DNA of 59,653 nucleotides, counting the filler. It is 6 parts of 6 records of this genome, joined end to end, with 100 filler letters (N's around TTAATTAATTAA, not from the genome) between each part and the next. Parts side by side here need not be neighbours in the genome. Positions count along the whole stretch, not along the records: positions 52,254 to 59,653 come from SRR31156797_6994; 5 more parts are not named here. One strand, given 5' to 3'. The notes beneath the pieces were generated by a model. The model did no database searches. It saw only the letters and a list, made by a program, of their open reading frames with translations, and was not told the origin of the DNA. The position numbers were made by a program, and so were the translations under genes. Below are positions 52,154 to 59,653 of the stretch, piece after piece (the first letter of the stretch is position 1; each line of letters starts with the position of its first letter).

Positions 52154-52253
52154 NNNNNNNNNNNNNNNNNNNNNNNNNNNNNNNNNNNNNNNNNNNNTTA
52201 ATTAATTAANNNNNNNNNNNNNNNNNNNNNNNNNNNNNNNNNNNNNNNNNNNN
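52154..52253. other. Artificial contig-joining spacer
   Basis: N44-TTAATTAATTAA-N44. Confidence 0.99.
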
Positions 52254-52281
52254 CACTGGGCACTGGGCACTGGGCACTGGG
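52254..52281 (+). repeat. Heptamer tandem repeat (CACTGGG)x4, truncated at the contig start
   Basis: Read directly from the sequence. Confidence 0.95.
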
Positions 52282-52405
52282 AAGATATGAATGAACATTA
52301 TCGACTACAAGAAGTATATTATTGATCTCAGTGCTCATCCTCTCAGCGCTCAGTGCTTTTTATTTTGGATATTGGTTATTGATTATAGTCTCTTTAAATT
52401 CTCGT

Positions 52406-53965
52406 ATGAGAATTTCTCTTATCCAAACTCCGGTTGAAGATTTTTATTATACTCCGCAGCGGACATATCCATTGGGACTCACATATCTTGCAACAGCCGT
52501 AAAAGATCTGCCTGTTGAAGTGGAGATCATTGATTTTATTACCGGACATGGGCGTCAAACGATCCCGGTCCCAATGAATTTCAAGCCGATCATGGACTAT
52601 TTACCTTACGACCGCTCCCCTATCTCTGCTTTTCATTCCTATTATCACCATGGAGCAAATTGGCATCATATCGAGGAATTCTTTAAAACCAATCAATTTG
52701 ATCTTTATGCGATCTCATCGAATTTTTATACATACTCACAAGAAGTGATCAAAACAGCGGAGATCATCAAGAGATCAAATCCCTCATCGATCATAGTGGT
52801 GGGTGGACAAAATGTAGGTTCCGAACATTCATTATTCACGAATTGCCCCGATATCGACTATTGCATTCATGGTGAAGGTGATATTGCATTTAGAGATTTT
52901 GTAAAAACACTTATCAATAAAAAAGAACTATCAAGAATACCCGGAATATTTAATAGAACACCGAAACATTGGAATGATCCTGCGATCATTCACAAGTTTG
53001 ATATCAAACCTTCAAGCGCTTTGCTTCCGGTAAATAAATATCAAATTTCAGGTGAGCCTGCGATGATGCTCGCTACATCCCGAGGTTGTCCCGTGGGTTG
53101 CCGATTTTGTTCGGTTTCCCGGACTTTCGGTCAAAATCTGCGGCTAAAACCCGTTGATATTGTACTTGAAGAAATTCGATCGGCGTATGATCGAGACATT
53201 CGGGCATTTGACATCGAGGATGATAATTTTACCTTTATTCGCGAACATTGCATTGAACTTCTACAAAAAATATCAGAGAAGTATAAAGGTAAGATCGCTC
53301 TATATGCCATGAATGGCCTTTCGGCCGAGCATCTTAATGAAGAGATCGTCGATCTGCTTTACAATTGCGGAATGAGATTGCTGAACCTTTCCATTGCCAC
53401 AAGTTCTGAAGAGCAATTGAAGAAGCTTCATCGTAAAACAAGTATCGAACACTTCAAGCAAGTCAGCAAGTATGCTGCTTCCAAGGGTATGAAGGTCATG
53501 GGACATTTCATTGCGGGATTACCGGATCAATCGCCAACGGAGATCTTGAAAACAATGAAAGTACTCAACGAATTGCCGGTGGTCCTTGGCATTTCCCCTT
53601 TCTATTATATCCCCGGAATGAAAATGGAAGTTTCAAACAAACCCGTAAATTGCAAAGATGCACGCTTAAGTCGTTTCTGGCCGGCAGACAAACACTTGGA
53701 TGAACTCGACCTGATCACCTTATTCAGACTTTCACGCTGGATCAATTACTTGAAAGCTCGAATGCAAGAACATGCCATGCATTCAATACACTTTGCGGAG
53801 ATCAGGGACGTATTTCAAGATGATATCTATTTTCAGGGATTGATCAATGACAGATCACTGATAGGTATGAACAGTAAAAACAAGTATTACCGGCATCATG
53901 TTTCCGATAGAATTCTTGACTCTTTTTTTGGAATATTTAAAGATTCAGATGTATATTGTGCATGA
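52406..53965 (+). CDS. B12-binding radical SAM protein
   Basis: Probable ATG at 52406 (MRISLIQTP). YPLGLTYLA, VVGG, HGEGD, TSRGCPVGCRFC, EDDNF and FIAGLP motifs. Confidence 0.9.
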   Translation: MRISLIQTPVEDFYYTPQRTYPLGLTYLATAVKDLPVEVEIIDFITGHGRQTIPVPMNFKPIMDYLPYDRSPISAFHSYYHHGANWHHIEEFFKTNQFDLYAISSNFYTYSQEVIKTAEIIKRSNPSSIIVVGGQNVGSEHSLFTNCPDIDYCIHGEGDIAFRDFVKTLINKKELSRIPGIFNRTPKHWNDPAIIHKFDIKPSSALLPVNKYQISGEPAMMLATSRGCPVGCRFCSVSRTFGQNLRLKPVDIVLEEIRSAYDRDIRAFDIEDDNFTFIREHCIELLQKISEKYKGKIALYAMNGLSAEHLNEEIVDLLYNCGMRLLNLSIATSSEEQLKKLHRKTSIEHFKQVSKYAASKGMKVMGHFIAGLPDQSPTEILKTMKVLNELPVVLGISPFYYIPGMKMEVSNKPVNCKDARLSRFWPADKHLDELDLITLFRLSRWINYLKARMQEHAMHSIHFAEIRDVFQDDIYFQGLINDRSLIGMNSKNKYYRHHVSDRILDSFFGIFKDSDVYCA

Positions 53966-53987
53966 ACAAATTATCGGGAGGTTTAAA

Positions 53988-54629
53988 ATGAAAAAAATAT
54001 TAACATTTCTTTTGATCGGAGTTCTCATGTTCTCATTCTTTTCACCTAAAAAAGTCAGGGCTCAGGAAGTACTTGATATCATTGAATTGCCGGCAGTACA
54101 AAAAACAGGCGGCATGCCTTTGATGGAGGCTCTGAACCAACGTCATAGTGTGCGCTCATTCACAAAAGACGAATTATCAGATCAAGTTCTGTCAAATCTT
54201 CTTTGGGCAGCTTGGGGATATAATCGTCCGGACAAACAAAAGCGGACTGCTCCATCCTCAATGAACAAACAGGAGATCTCAGTTTATTGCGCATTGGGAA
54301 AAGGCTTATATCTTTATAATGCCGAAAAACATCAACTGGAACTGATCAAGAATGAAGATCTTCGTGGAAAGACCGGCAAGCAGCCCTTTGTTGGTTCTGC
54401 TCCACTGAATTTGATCTTTGTTGCCGATACCAAAAAACAATCTTCAGCAACTTCTTCAGCAGCCAATGTTGGTTTTATTTCTCAGAACGTTTACCTTTTC
54501 TGTGCTTCAGAAGGATTGGGAACCGTAGTTCGTGGTTGGTTTGACAATAAAAAATTGCATAAAGCTATGGGATTGGATGAAAAGCTATCTATTGTATATT
54601 GTCAAACGATTGGCTATCCGAAGAAGTAA
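53988..54629 (+). CDS. SagB/ThcOx-like nitroreductase family protein with signal peptide
   Basis: ATG at 53988 after GGAGG; signal peptide; RHSVRSF, LLWAA, RTAPS and QNVYL motifs. Confidence 0.88.
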   Translation: MKKILTFLLIGVLMFSFFSPKKVRAQEVLDIIELPAVQKTGGMPLMEALNQRHSVRSFTKDELSDQVLSNLLWAAWGYNRPDKQKRTAPSSMNKQEISVYCALGKGLYLYNAEKHQLELIKNEDLRGKTGKQPFVGSAPLNLIFVADTKKQSSATSSAANVGFISQNVYLFCASEGLGTVVRGWFDNKKLHKAMGLDEKLSIVYCQTIGYPKK

Positions 54630-54660
54630 CGAGTAACGAGTAACGAGTGACGAGTGACGA
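54626..54660 (+). repeat. Heptamer tandem repeat (GTAACGA)x3 (GTGACGA)x2
   Basis: Starts within the nitroreductase stop codon region. Confidence 0.95.
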
Positions 54661-54765
54661 GAATATTGAAAATAATGCTCTGAAAAAACCGATTTTTCTT
54701 TACTATTAACAAAAATTTACCTTAAATTTTATGATGCCTGAACGTACACGCATAAAAGAAAGGAA

Positions 54766-55413
54766 ATGTACATGGACGGAGCAAACTGGAACTACTCGGA
54801 TAAGGTAAAAGAACACTTCTTTCACCCCAAAAATATATTAGAAATTGATGAAAAAGAATATAATGCAGACGGTATGGGCTATGTCGGCTCTCCCGCCTGT
54901 GGCGATATGATGAAGATCTTCATTAAAGTCAAGGATGACCGTATCGTTGATTTAAAATGGCAGACCTTCGGTTGTGCATCAGCCATCGGTTCAACGTCAA
55001 TGTTATCAGAAATGGTGATAAAGGACGGTGGCATGATGATCGATGAAGCCTGGAAACTGACACCGGAAATGATCATCAATGAACTTGGCGGTCTTCCTGC
55101 AAATAAGATCCATTGTTCAGTTCTTGGAGACAAGGCTTTGCGAGAAGCCATCAAAGACCATTTCAAACGTACAGGGCAAGAAGATCGAATTCCTCATGAT
55201 GATAAATCACGAGTTATCTGTGAATGTCTGAATGTCACTGAAGACGATATCAGGATGGAAGTTCTTGAAGGTGTAAAAGATTTCAAGACACTCCAGGAAC
55301 GCACAAAGCTTGGAACTATGTGCGGCAAATGCGTTGATACGGCAAAAACGCTGGTTGACTTTTATGTCGGCCGTTATTATACCGACGATATCTACACCGG
55401 TGATAAAAAATAG
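54766..55413 (+). CDS. NifU-like Fe-S scaffold: IscU domain plus BFD-like [2Fe-2S] domain
   Basis: SPACGD, FGCASAI and KIHCS (IscU cysteines), then ICECL...GTMCGKC. Confidence 0.9.
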   Translation: MYMDGANWNYSDKVKEHFFHPKNILEIDEKEYNADGMGYVGSPACGDMMKIFIKVKDDRIVDLKWQTFGCASAIGSTSMLSEMVIKDGGMMIDEAWKLTPEMIINELGGLPANKIHCSVLGDKALREAIKDHFKRTGQEDRIPHDDKSRVICECLNVTEDDIRMEVLEGVKDFKTLQERTKLGTMCGKCVDTAKTLVDFYVGRYYTDDIYTGDKK

Positions 55414-55421
55414 GTGACAAT

Positions 55422-56579
55422 ATGATCTATTTAGACAATTCAGCAACCACTCCCCTGCATCCCAAGGTCAAAGACGCCATTTCAAACGCTCTTGATCTTT
55501 TTGGCAACCCATCTTCCATGCACTCTACCGGACGTCAGGTCCGGGCCATGCTGGAACAAAGCAGAAAAGATATCGCTGATTTCTTCAATTGTGAACCTGA
55601 AGAATTGATCTTTACCGCAGGTGCTTCGGAAGCAAACAATACCGTCCTAAAAAGTTCAACGACCTGTTGCGCTATGTGCAATGAGAACCACGGTCATATC
55701 ATTACGTCAAACATAGAGCATCCTTCCGTACAGAGTACCTTGAAATGCTTAAGCCAAAATCATGTGGACGTCACCGAGATAAATGTTAATACTGAAGGTA
55801 TCATAGATCCCAAGGATGTAGAGACCGCAATCCGCCCTGATACCATGATGATCTCCATTATGTACGTTAATAACGAGATCGGCACAATACAACCGATCAA
55901 AGAGATCGCAGAGATCGCAAAAAAACATAATATTCCCATGCATACGGATGCCGTGCAAGCAGTTGGAAAACTCCCAATTGATCTTCAAGATCTACCCGTT
56001 GATTTTCTATCCATGTCCGGACACAAGATCTATGCTCCCAAGGGAATCGGCATTTTATTTAAACGTAAAAGCGCCAAGAATATCTGCCCCTTGATCACCG
56101 GCGGTCATCAGGAAAACTCTATGAGAGCCGGCACAGAAAATACATTAGGTATTATCGCGCTGGGTGAAGCCATCCGGCAGGCAAAACTTGAAATGGACGA
56201 GAATAAAGAACGTATCGGCAAGCTTCGCGACAAGCTTGAACAAGGCATCATGAATAATCTTGACAAGGTCAAGATCAACGGTGATCCGAAAAACCGTGTA
56301 TACAATATTACCAATCTTTCTTTTACGAACATTGAAGGTGAATCTATTCTTCTTAGATTGGATATGCACGGTATTGCAGTATCTACCGGATCAGCCTGTT
56401 CAACCGGTAACCTCGAACCAAGTTATGTGATCACTGCTCTTAAAGTAGAGCCGGAGATCGCGCATTCATCCATTCGTTTTTCACTGGGTAGAGAGACTAC
56501 TGAAGAAGATGTAGACAGAACGATCGAAGCCGTTACAGAAACGATCACTTTTTTGCGAAAAATCAGTCCTATAGCATAA
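55422..56579 (+). CDS. iscS: Cysteine desulfurase (IscS/NifS group I)
   Basis: YLDNSATT, GNPSS, HTDAVQ, SGHK (PLP Lys) and STGSACS motifs. Confidence 0.95.
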   Translation: MIYLDNSATTPLHPKVKDAISNALDLFGNPSSMHSTGRQVRAMLEQSRKDIADFFNCEPEELIFTAGASEANNTVLKSSTTCCAMCNENHGHIITSNIEHPSVQSTLKCLSQNHVDVTEINVNTEGIIDPKDVETAIRPDTMMISIMYVNNEIGTIQPIKEIAEIAKKHNIPMHTDAVQAVGKLPIDLQDLPVDFLSMSGHKIYAPKGIGILFKRKSAKNICPLITGGHQENSMRAGTENTLGIIALGEAIRQAKLEMDENKERIGKLRDKLEQGIMNNLDKVKINGDPKNRVYNITNLSFTNIEGESILLRLDMHGIAVSTGSACSTGNLEPSYVITALKVEPEIAHSSIRFSLGRETTEEDVDRTIEAVTETITFLRKISPIA

Positions 56580-56593
56580 ATAAAGGGATATTC

Positions 56594-57217
56594 ATGCATA
56601 ATGTCCAACTGATCGACCATCCTTTGGTCAAACATTCTCTTACGATCTTGAGAGATAAAAATACCGATACGGAAACATTTCGCCGGCATACGGCCATTGT
56701 TTCTCAGATCATCATCATGGAAGCCAGTAAGAACATTAAATTGACCAAAAAAGAGATCGAAACACCGATCACAAAAATGCAAGGTCACGAGATATCGCGT
56801 TCCATGGTTTTTGTTCCGGTGTTACGCGCAGGTATTTCCATGTTGGTTCCGGCAAGGGATTTCCTTCCCTGGACACCTGTAGGTTTTATAGGATTGGAAC
56901 GCGATGAGGAAACGGCTATAGCCCGGGAATACTACCAGAAATTCCCTAAAGATATCGAGAACAAACTTGTTTTGATCCTTGATCCTATGCTTGCATCCGG
57001 AGGCTCTGTTTCCGATACGATCACTCGCTTGAAGGAAAAAGGTGCCAAGCGTGTTGCCATTGCTTGTATTGTCACTGCCCCCGAAGGTATTAAACGGATC
57101 AATAAAGAACATCCTGATGTCTATATTTTCACATCAGCTATTGATGATCATCTTAATGATAAGAAGTATATCGTTCCGGGATTAGGTGATTTCGGTGATA
57201 GGTATTTCGGAACTTGA
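56594..57217 (+). CDS. upp: Uracil phosphoribosyltransferase
   Basis: VPVLRAG, LDPMLASGGS and YIVPGLGDFGDRYFGT motifs. Confidence 0.97.
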   Translation: MHNVQLIDHPLVKHSLTILRDKNTDTETFRRHTAIVSQIIIMEASKNIKLTKKEIETPITKMQGHEISRSMVFVPVLRAGISMLVPARDFLPWTPVGFIGLERDEETAIAREYYQKFPKDIENKLVLILDPMLASGGSVSDTITRLKEKGAKRVAIACIVTAPEGIKRINKEHPDVYIFTSAIDDHLNDKKYIVPGLGDFGDRYFGT

Positions 57218-57358
57218 CCTCACACAAAGCCACAAAGATCTAAAAGACTCTAAGAATATTTATGGTTTTTTCTTAAGGAAATCTATTGACACTCTATTTG
57301 TTCAAAGCTATATGGTTACTTTGTGTCTTATTTATTTCTTTGGGTCTCTGTGTGAGGT
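57217..57358. repeat. Intergenic element bounded by imperfect 21-bp inverted repeats
   Basis: ACCTCACACAAAGCCACAAAG (57217-57237) versus CTTTGGGTCTCTGTGTGAGGT (57338-57358), 18/21 complementary by manual count. Confidence 0.7.
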
Positions 57359-57359
57359 A

Positions 57360-59207
57360 TTAGGATTCTCTTTTTCTATTAGATAATAAGATCACGTCAC
57401 GGAGTTCTTCCGTGTTTCTGGCATACATCCACCGTTTATTAAAACCGCTTTCCTGAACTAAGTTGGCAATAGCCATAAGTGCTCTGAGATGATAGGATCT
57501 TTCATCCAGTGAACCAACCAGAACGAACATGGTATGAACCGGTTCAGGTGAAGCCGGGAAGTTAATGCCTTCTTTGCTCCTGACAGGGATGATCTGGAAG
57601 CATTTTTCACCCGGCACAATGATATGAGGTATTGCAAGTCCGGGTTTGATAATGGTACTTGATTGGGCTTCTCTTTCTTTGAAACCCTTGATCAATAGAT
57701 CTTTTGAAACACCGCATTTTTCTTCGAATATCTCCGAGATTTTCTCGATCAAAGAATTCATGTCGGGACTGCCTTCAACATCTATGATATCACATTCTTT
57801 GATCAAACTATCAAATCGATCCTCAATGATCTCATCACGATGAATAACGATCTCACGTAATTCATCTTCAAGGCTTGTGCTCTTGAGCTCCTTGGCGGAA
57901 ACTCTTTCAATGATATGCATCAAGGCCGAAGTCCTGCTGATACGCTTTCTAGCAAAAGCAAAATAAATAATCACACCCAAAAGCAGGAATGCGGCAGATA
58001 TTACTATCGGAATCCATCCCATGTTAAATAATAAAAAAGCATAGGAAAGAATTGCTAATATAGGCAAGATCGGGTACAGAGGAACTTTAAATTTCGGACG
58101 ATAATTCTGGATCTTACTTTCTCGCATGATGATCACAGATAGATTATTCATCATGAAAAGAATGATCTTTAGAGTTGATGCTGTTTTAACCAAATTCTCG
58201 ATATTCAAGAACACGATCACAACGATCATGAAAGCAGTAGTAAACAGGATTGAGACAACAGGTGTTTTTGCCTTTACATTAGTTTTGGCAAAGAATTTTG
58301 GTAATAATTGGTCGCGACTCATAGCCAGTGGTGTTCTAGATGCAGCTAAAATCCCGGCATTAGCTGTTGTGATAAAAGCCATTAATGCCGCTAGACTTAA
58401 AGCGATCACCCCGGGACGCCCCATTAAGCGACCCGCTCCCAAAGATAGAGGAATCGTAGTGCCACTGAGTTCATTTGCAGGTACAACTCCGATGGTCACA
58501 CCTATAGCCAAAATATAGATCAAGGTCACAACAGAAAAAGAAAGCAACATACCAAGAGGAATATTCCTGCCCGGATTATCTATTTCTTCTGCTATACTTG
58601 CGATCTTTGTCAGTCCGCCAAAAGACACAAAAACCAAACCGGCCGTTGCTATTATAGATGAGAACCCGCTTGGCATAAAGGGTTGATAGAATTCCGGGTG
58701 CGTTGAAATAAAACCTCGGCCGATGTAAAGGGTTAATACTGCAAGGAGAATAAAAACCAGCACCACCTGGATCCTACCGGTCATTTTAACGCTAAATATA
58801 TTCGTAATGGCAAAGATAACACACACTATTACTGCAATGGTTTTGATCTGGAACACGGAAATATCCGGAAAGATCAGAACCGCAAAAGCGCCCATCCCGA
58901 TCAACGCAAAAGCAGATTTAAAACTAAGGGAAAACCAATTCGCAAAACCGCCAAAGATACCCAGTAATGGCCCCAGGCTCCTATCAATAAAAAAGTAAAT
59001 ACCACCCGATTTCGGCATAGCCGTAGCAAGTTCCGCTTTTGCGAACATGGATGGGATGATAAGAATGGCAGCTAAAAGATAAGCGAGGATCATAGCAGGA
59101 CCGGATTTTGCAAATGCTATACCGGGCAGTACAAAGATCCCGGAGGAGATCATCGCTCCGGTCGAGATCGAAAAAACATCCAGTAAATTTAATTGCCGTT
59201 TGCTCAT
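57360..59207 (-). CDS. APC-family amino acid permease fused to a C-terminal PTS EIIA (Ntr/Fru-type) domain
   Basis: GAMISSGIFVLPG, AELATAMP.SGG and about 12 TM segments, then EREAQSST..PGLAIPH (phospho-His motif) and HLRAL. Confidence 0.9.
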   Translation of the reverse strand: MSKRQLNLLDVFSISTGAMISSGIFVLPGIAFAKSGPAMILAYLLAAILIIPSMFAKAELATAMPKSGGIYFFIDRSLGPLLGIFGGFANWFSLSFKSAFALIGMGAFAVLIFPDISVFQIKTIAVIVCVIFAITNIFSVKMTGRIQVVLVFILLAVLTLYIGRGFISTHPEFYQPFMPSGFSSIIATAGLVFVSFGGLTKIASIAEEIDNPGRNIPLGMLLSFSVVTLIYILAIGVTIGVVPANELSGTTIPLSLGAGRLMGRPGVIALSLAALMAFITTANAGILAASRTPLAMSRDQLLPKFFAKTNVKAKTPVVSILFTTAFMIVVIVFLNIENLVKTASTLKIILFMMNNLSVIIMRESKIQNYRPKFKVPLYPILPILAILSYAFLLFNMGWIPIVISAAFLLLGVIIYFAFARKRISRTSALMHIIERVSAKELKSTSLEDELREIVIHRDEIIEDRFDSLIKECDIIDVEGSPDMNSLIEKISEIFEEKCGVSKDLLIKGFKEREAQSSTIIKPGLAIPHIIVPGEKCFQIIPVRSKEGINFPASPEPVHTMFVLVGSLDERSYHLRALMAIANLVQESGFNKRWMYARNTEELRDVILLSNRKRES

Positions 59208-59280
59208 TATTGATCCATAAAAGTATTATCTGTGTTCAAAACGCAGAAACTGCGTTCAACAAGTACTTGGTTTCAGTTAT

Positions 59281-59653
59281 TTATTTTTTATTTATATCTG
59301 TAATCCCCGCATTTTCAATGGTCGCTTGAACTTCATTGAGCTGTCGGGAGAGATTGTTGATACGAAATTCGATGGAATTCAAGATCCAGAACTGAAAATG
59401 ATCGACTTTTGACTGCCTGTTGATCATCCAGATGATCTTGATCGAGACCAAAAGAACGCCTATCTCTATTGAGAATAATGGAGGAAGGGGAATATTATCC
59501 CAATGCAAAAAATGTCGCGCTATATCAAAGGCAAGCAATAGGACTATCAAAACTATAAAAACCCAATTCACAACTTTATCACGCTTTACATCGCTTGAAC
59601 TTCCGATCTGACCCATTAATTGTTTAATGCGTTCACGTTCTTCCTGATAAGCT
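59281..59653 (-). CDS. Two-TM hypothetical membrane protein, 5' end beyond the window
   Basis: The frame is open to the edge (AYQEERERIKQLMGQIG...). Two TM segments, then HFQFWILNSIEFRIN and a coiled coil. Confidence 0.7.
   Translation of the reverse strand, partial: AYQEERERIKQLMGQIGSSSDVKRDKVVNWVFIVLIVLLLAFDIARHFLHWDNIPLPPLFSIEIGVLLVSIKIIWMINRQSKVDHFQFWILNSIEFRINNLSRQLNEVQATIENAGITDINKK

Noticed and set aside
52322-52405. Hydrophobic N-terminal extension on the B12 radical SAM
   Set aside because: It comes from an upstream TTG through heptamer-repeat DNA; the domain begins at ATG 52406.
53988-54629. SagB-like gene as a sign of a thiazole/oxazole RiPP cluster
   Set aside because: There is no YcaO, E1-like protein or precursor peptide, and the protein has a signal peptide typical of stand-alone nitroreductases.
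1-59653. tRNA, rRNA, integrase, transposase or phage genes
   Set aside because: None were recognised by eye. A covariance-model search was not run, so small RNAs cannot be excluded.

Overview
This window is not one locus. It is six unrelated contigs joined by identical 100-bp spacers (N44-TTAATTAATTAA-N44), so gene neighbourhoods are only meaningful within a segment. Taxonomic labels are inferred from composition and protein style. (1) 1-9793, very AT-rich, Arcobacter-like Campylobacterota: alr (partial), uvrC, an SRAP/YedK protein, and a divergent Sia-type signalling locus (histidine kinase, SBP-PAS-PP2C SiaA-like phosphatase, SBP; receiver, siaB, siaC, partial HD-GYP). (2) 9894-25540, Bacteroidota housekeeping region: panD/panC, GT5 half-enzyme, DUF4270, DUF4954, glmS, rfbB, galE, HU/SPOR protein, asd, lamin-tail T9SS protein. 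(3) 25641-33319, probably a Methanosarcinaceae archaeon: kefC/kefF, a stand-alone NrdD glycyl-radical-finger protein, decaying genes, an aquaporin, an AMP-dependent CoA ligase and a TrsS/MJ0619-type radical SAM. (4) 33420-43980, unplaced bacterium: GH119-like amylase, YqhA, scramblase-like protein, a 948-aa repeat lipoprotein, YihY, der, and an acidic lipoprotein. (5) 44081-52153, Bacteroidota PUL fragment: HTCS, two GH43, a deacetylase and a CE12. (6) 52254-59653, unplaced bacterium: B12 radical SAM, nitroreductase, NifU-like, IscS, upp, an APC-EIIA fusion and heptamer repeats. Two candidates for undescribed biology stand out. The first is an SRAP protein whose catalytic N-terminal Cys is replaced by Pro and which ends in a beta-clamp motif. 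The second is a Sia partner-switch system whose outputs appear to be a histidine kinase and an HD-GYP protein that share a SiaD-like docking helix, with no diguanylate cyclase in the visible part.
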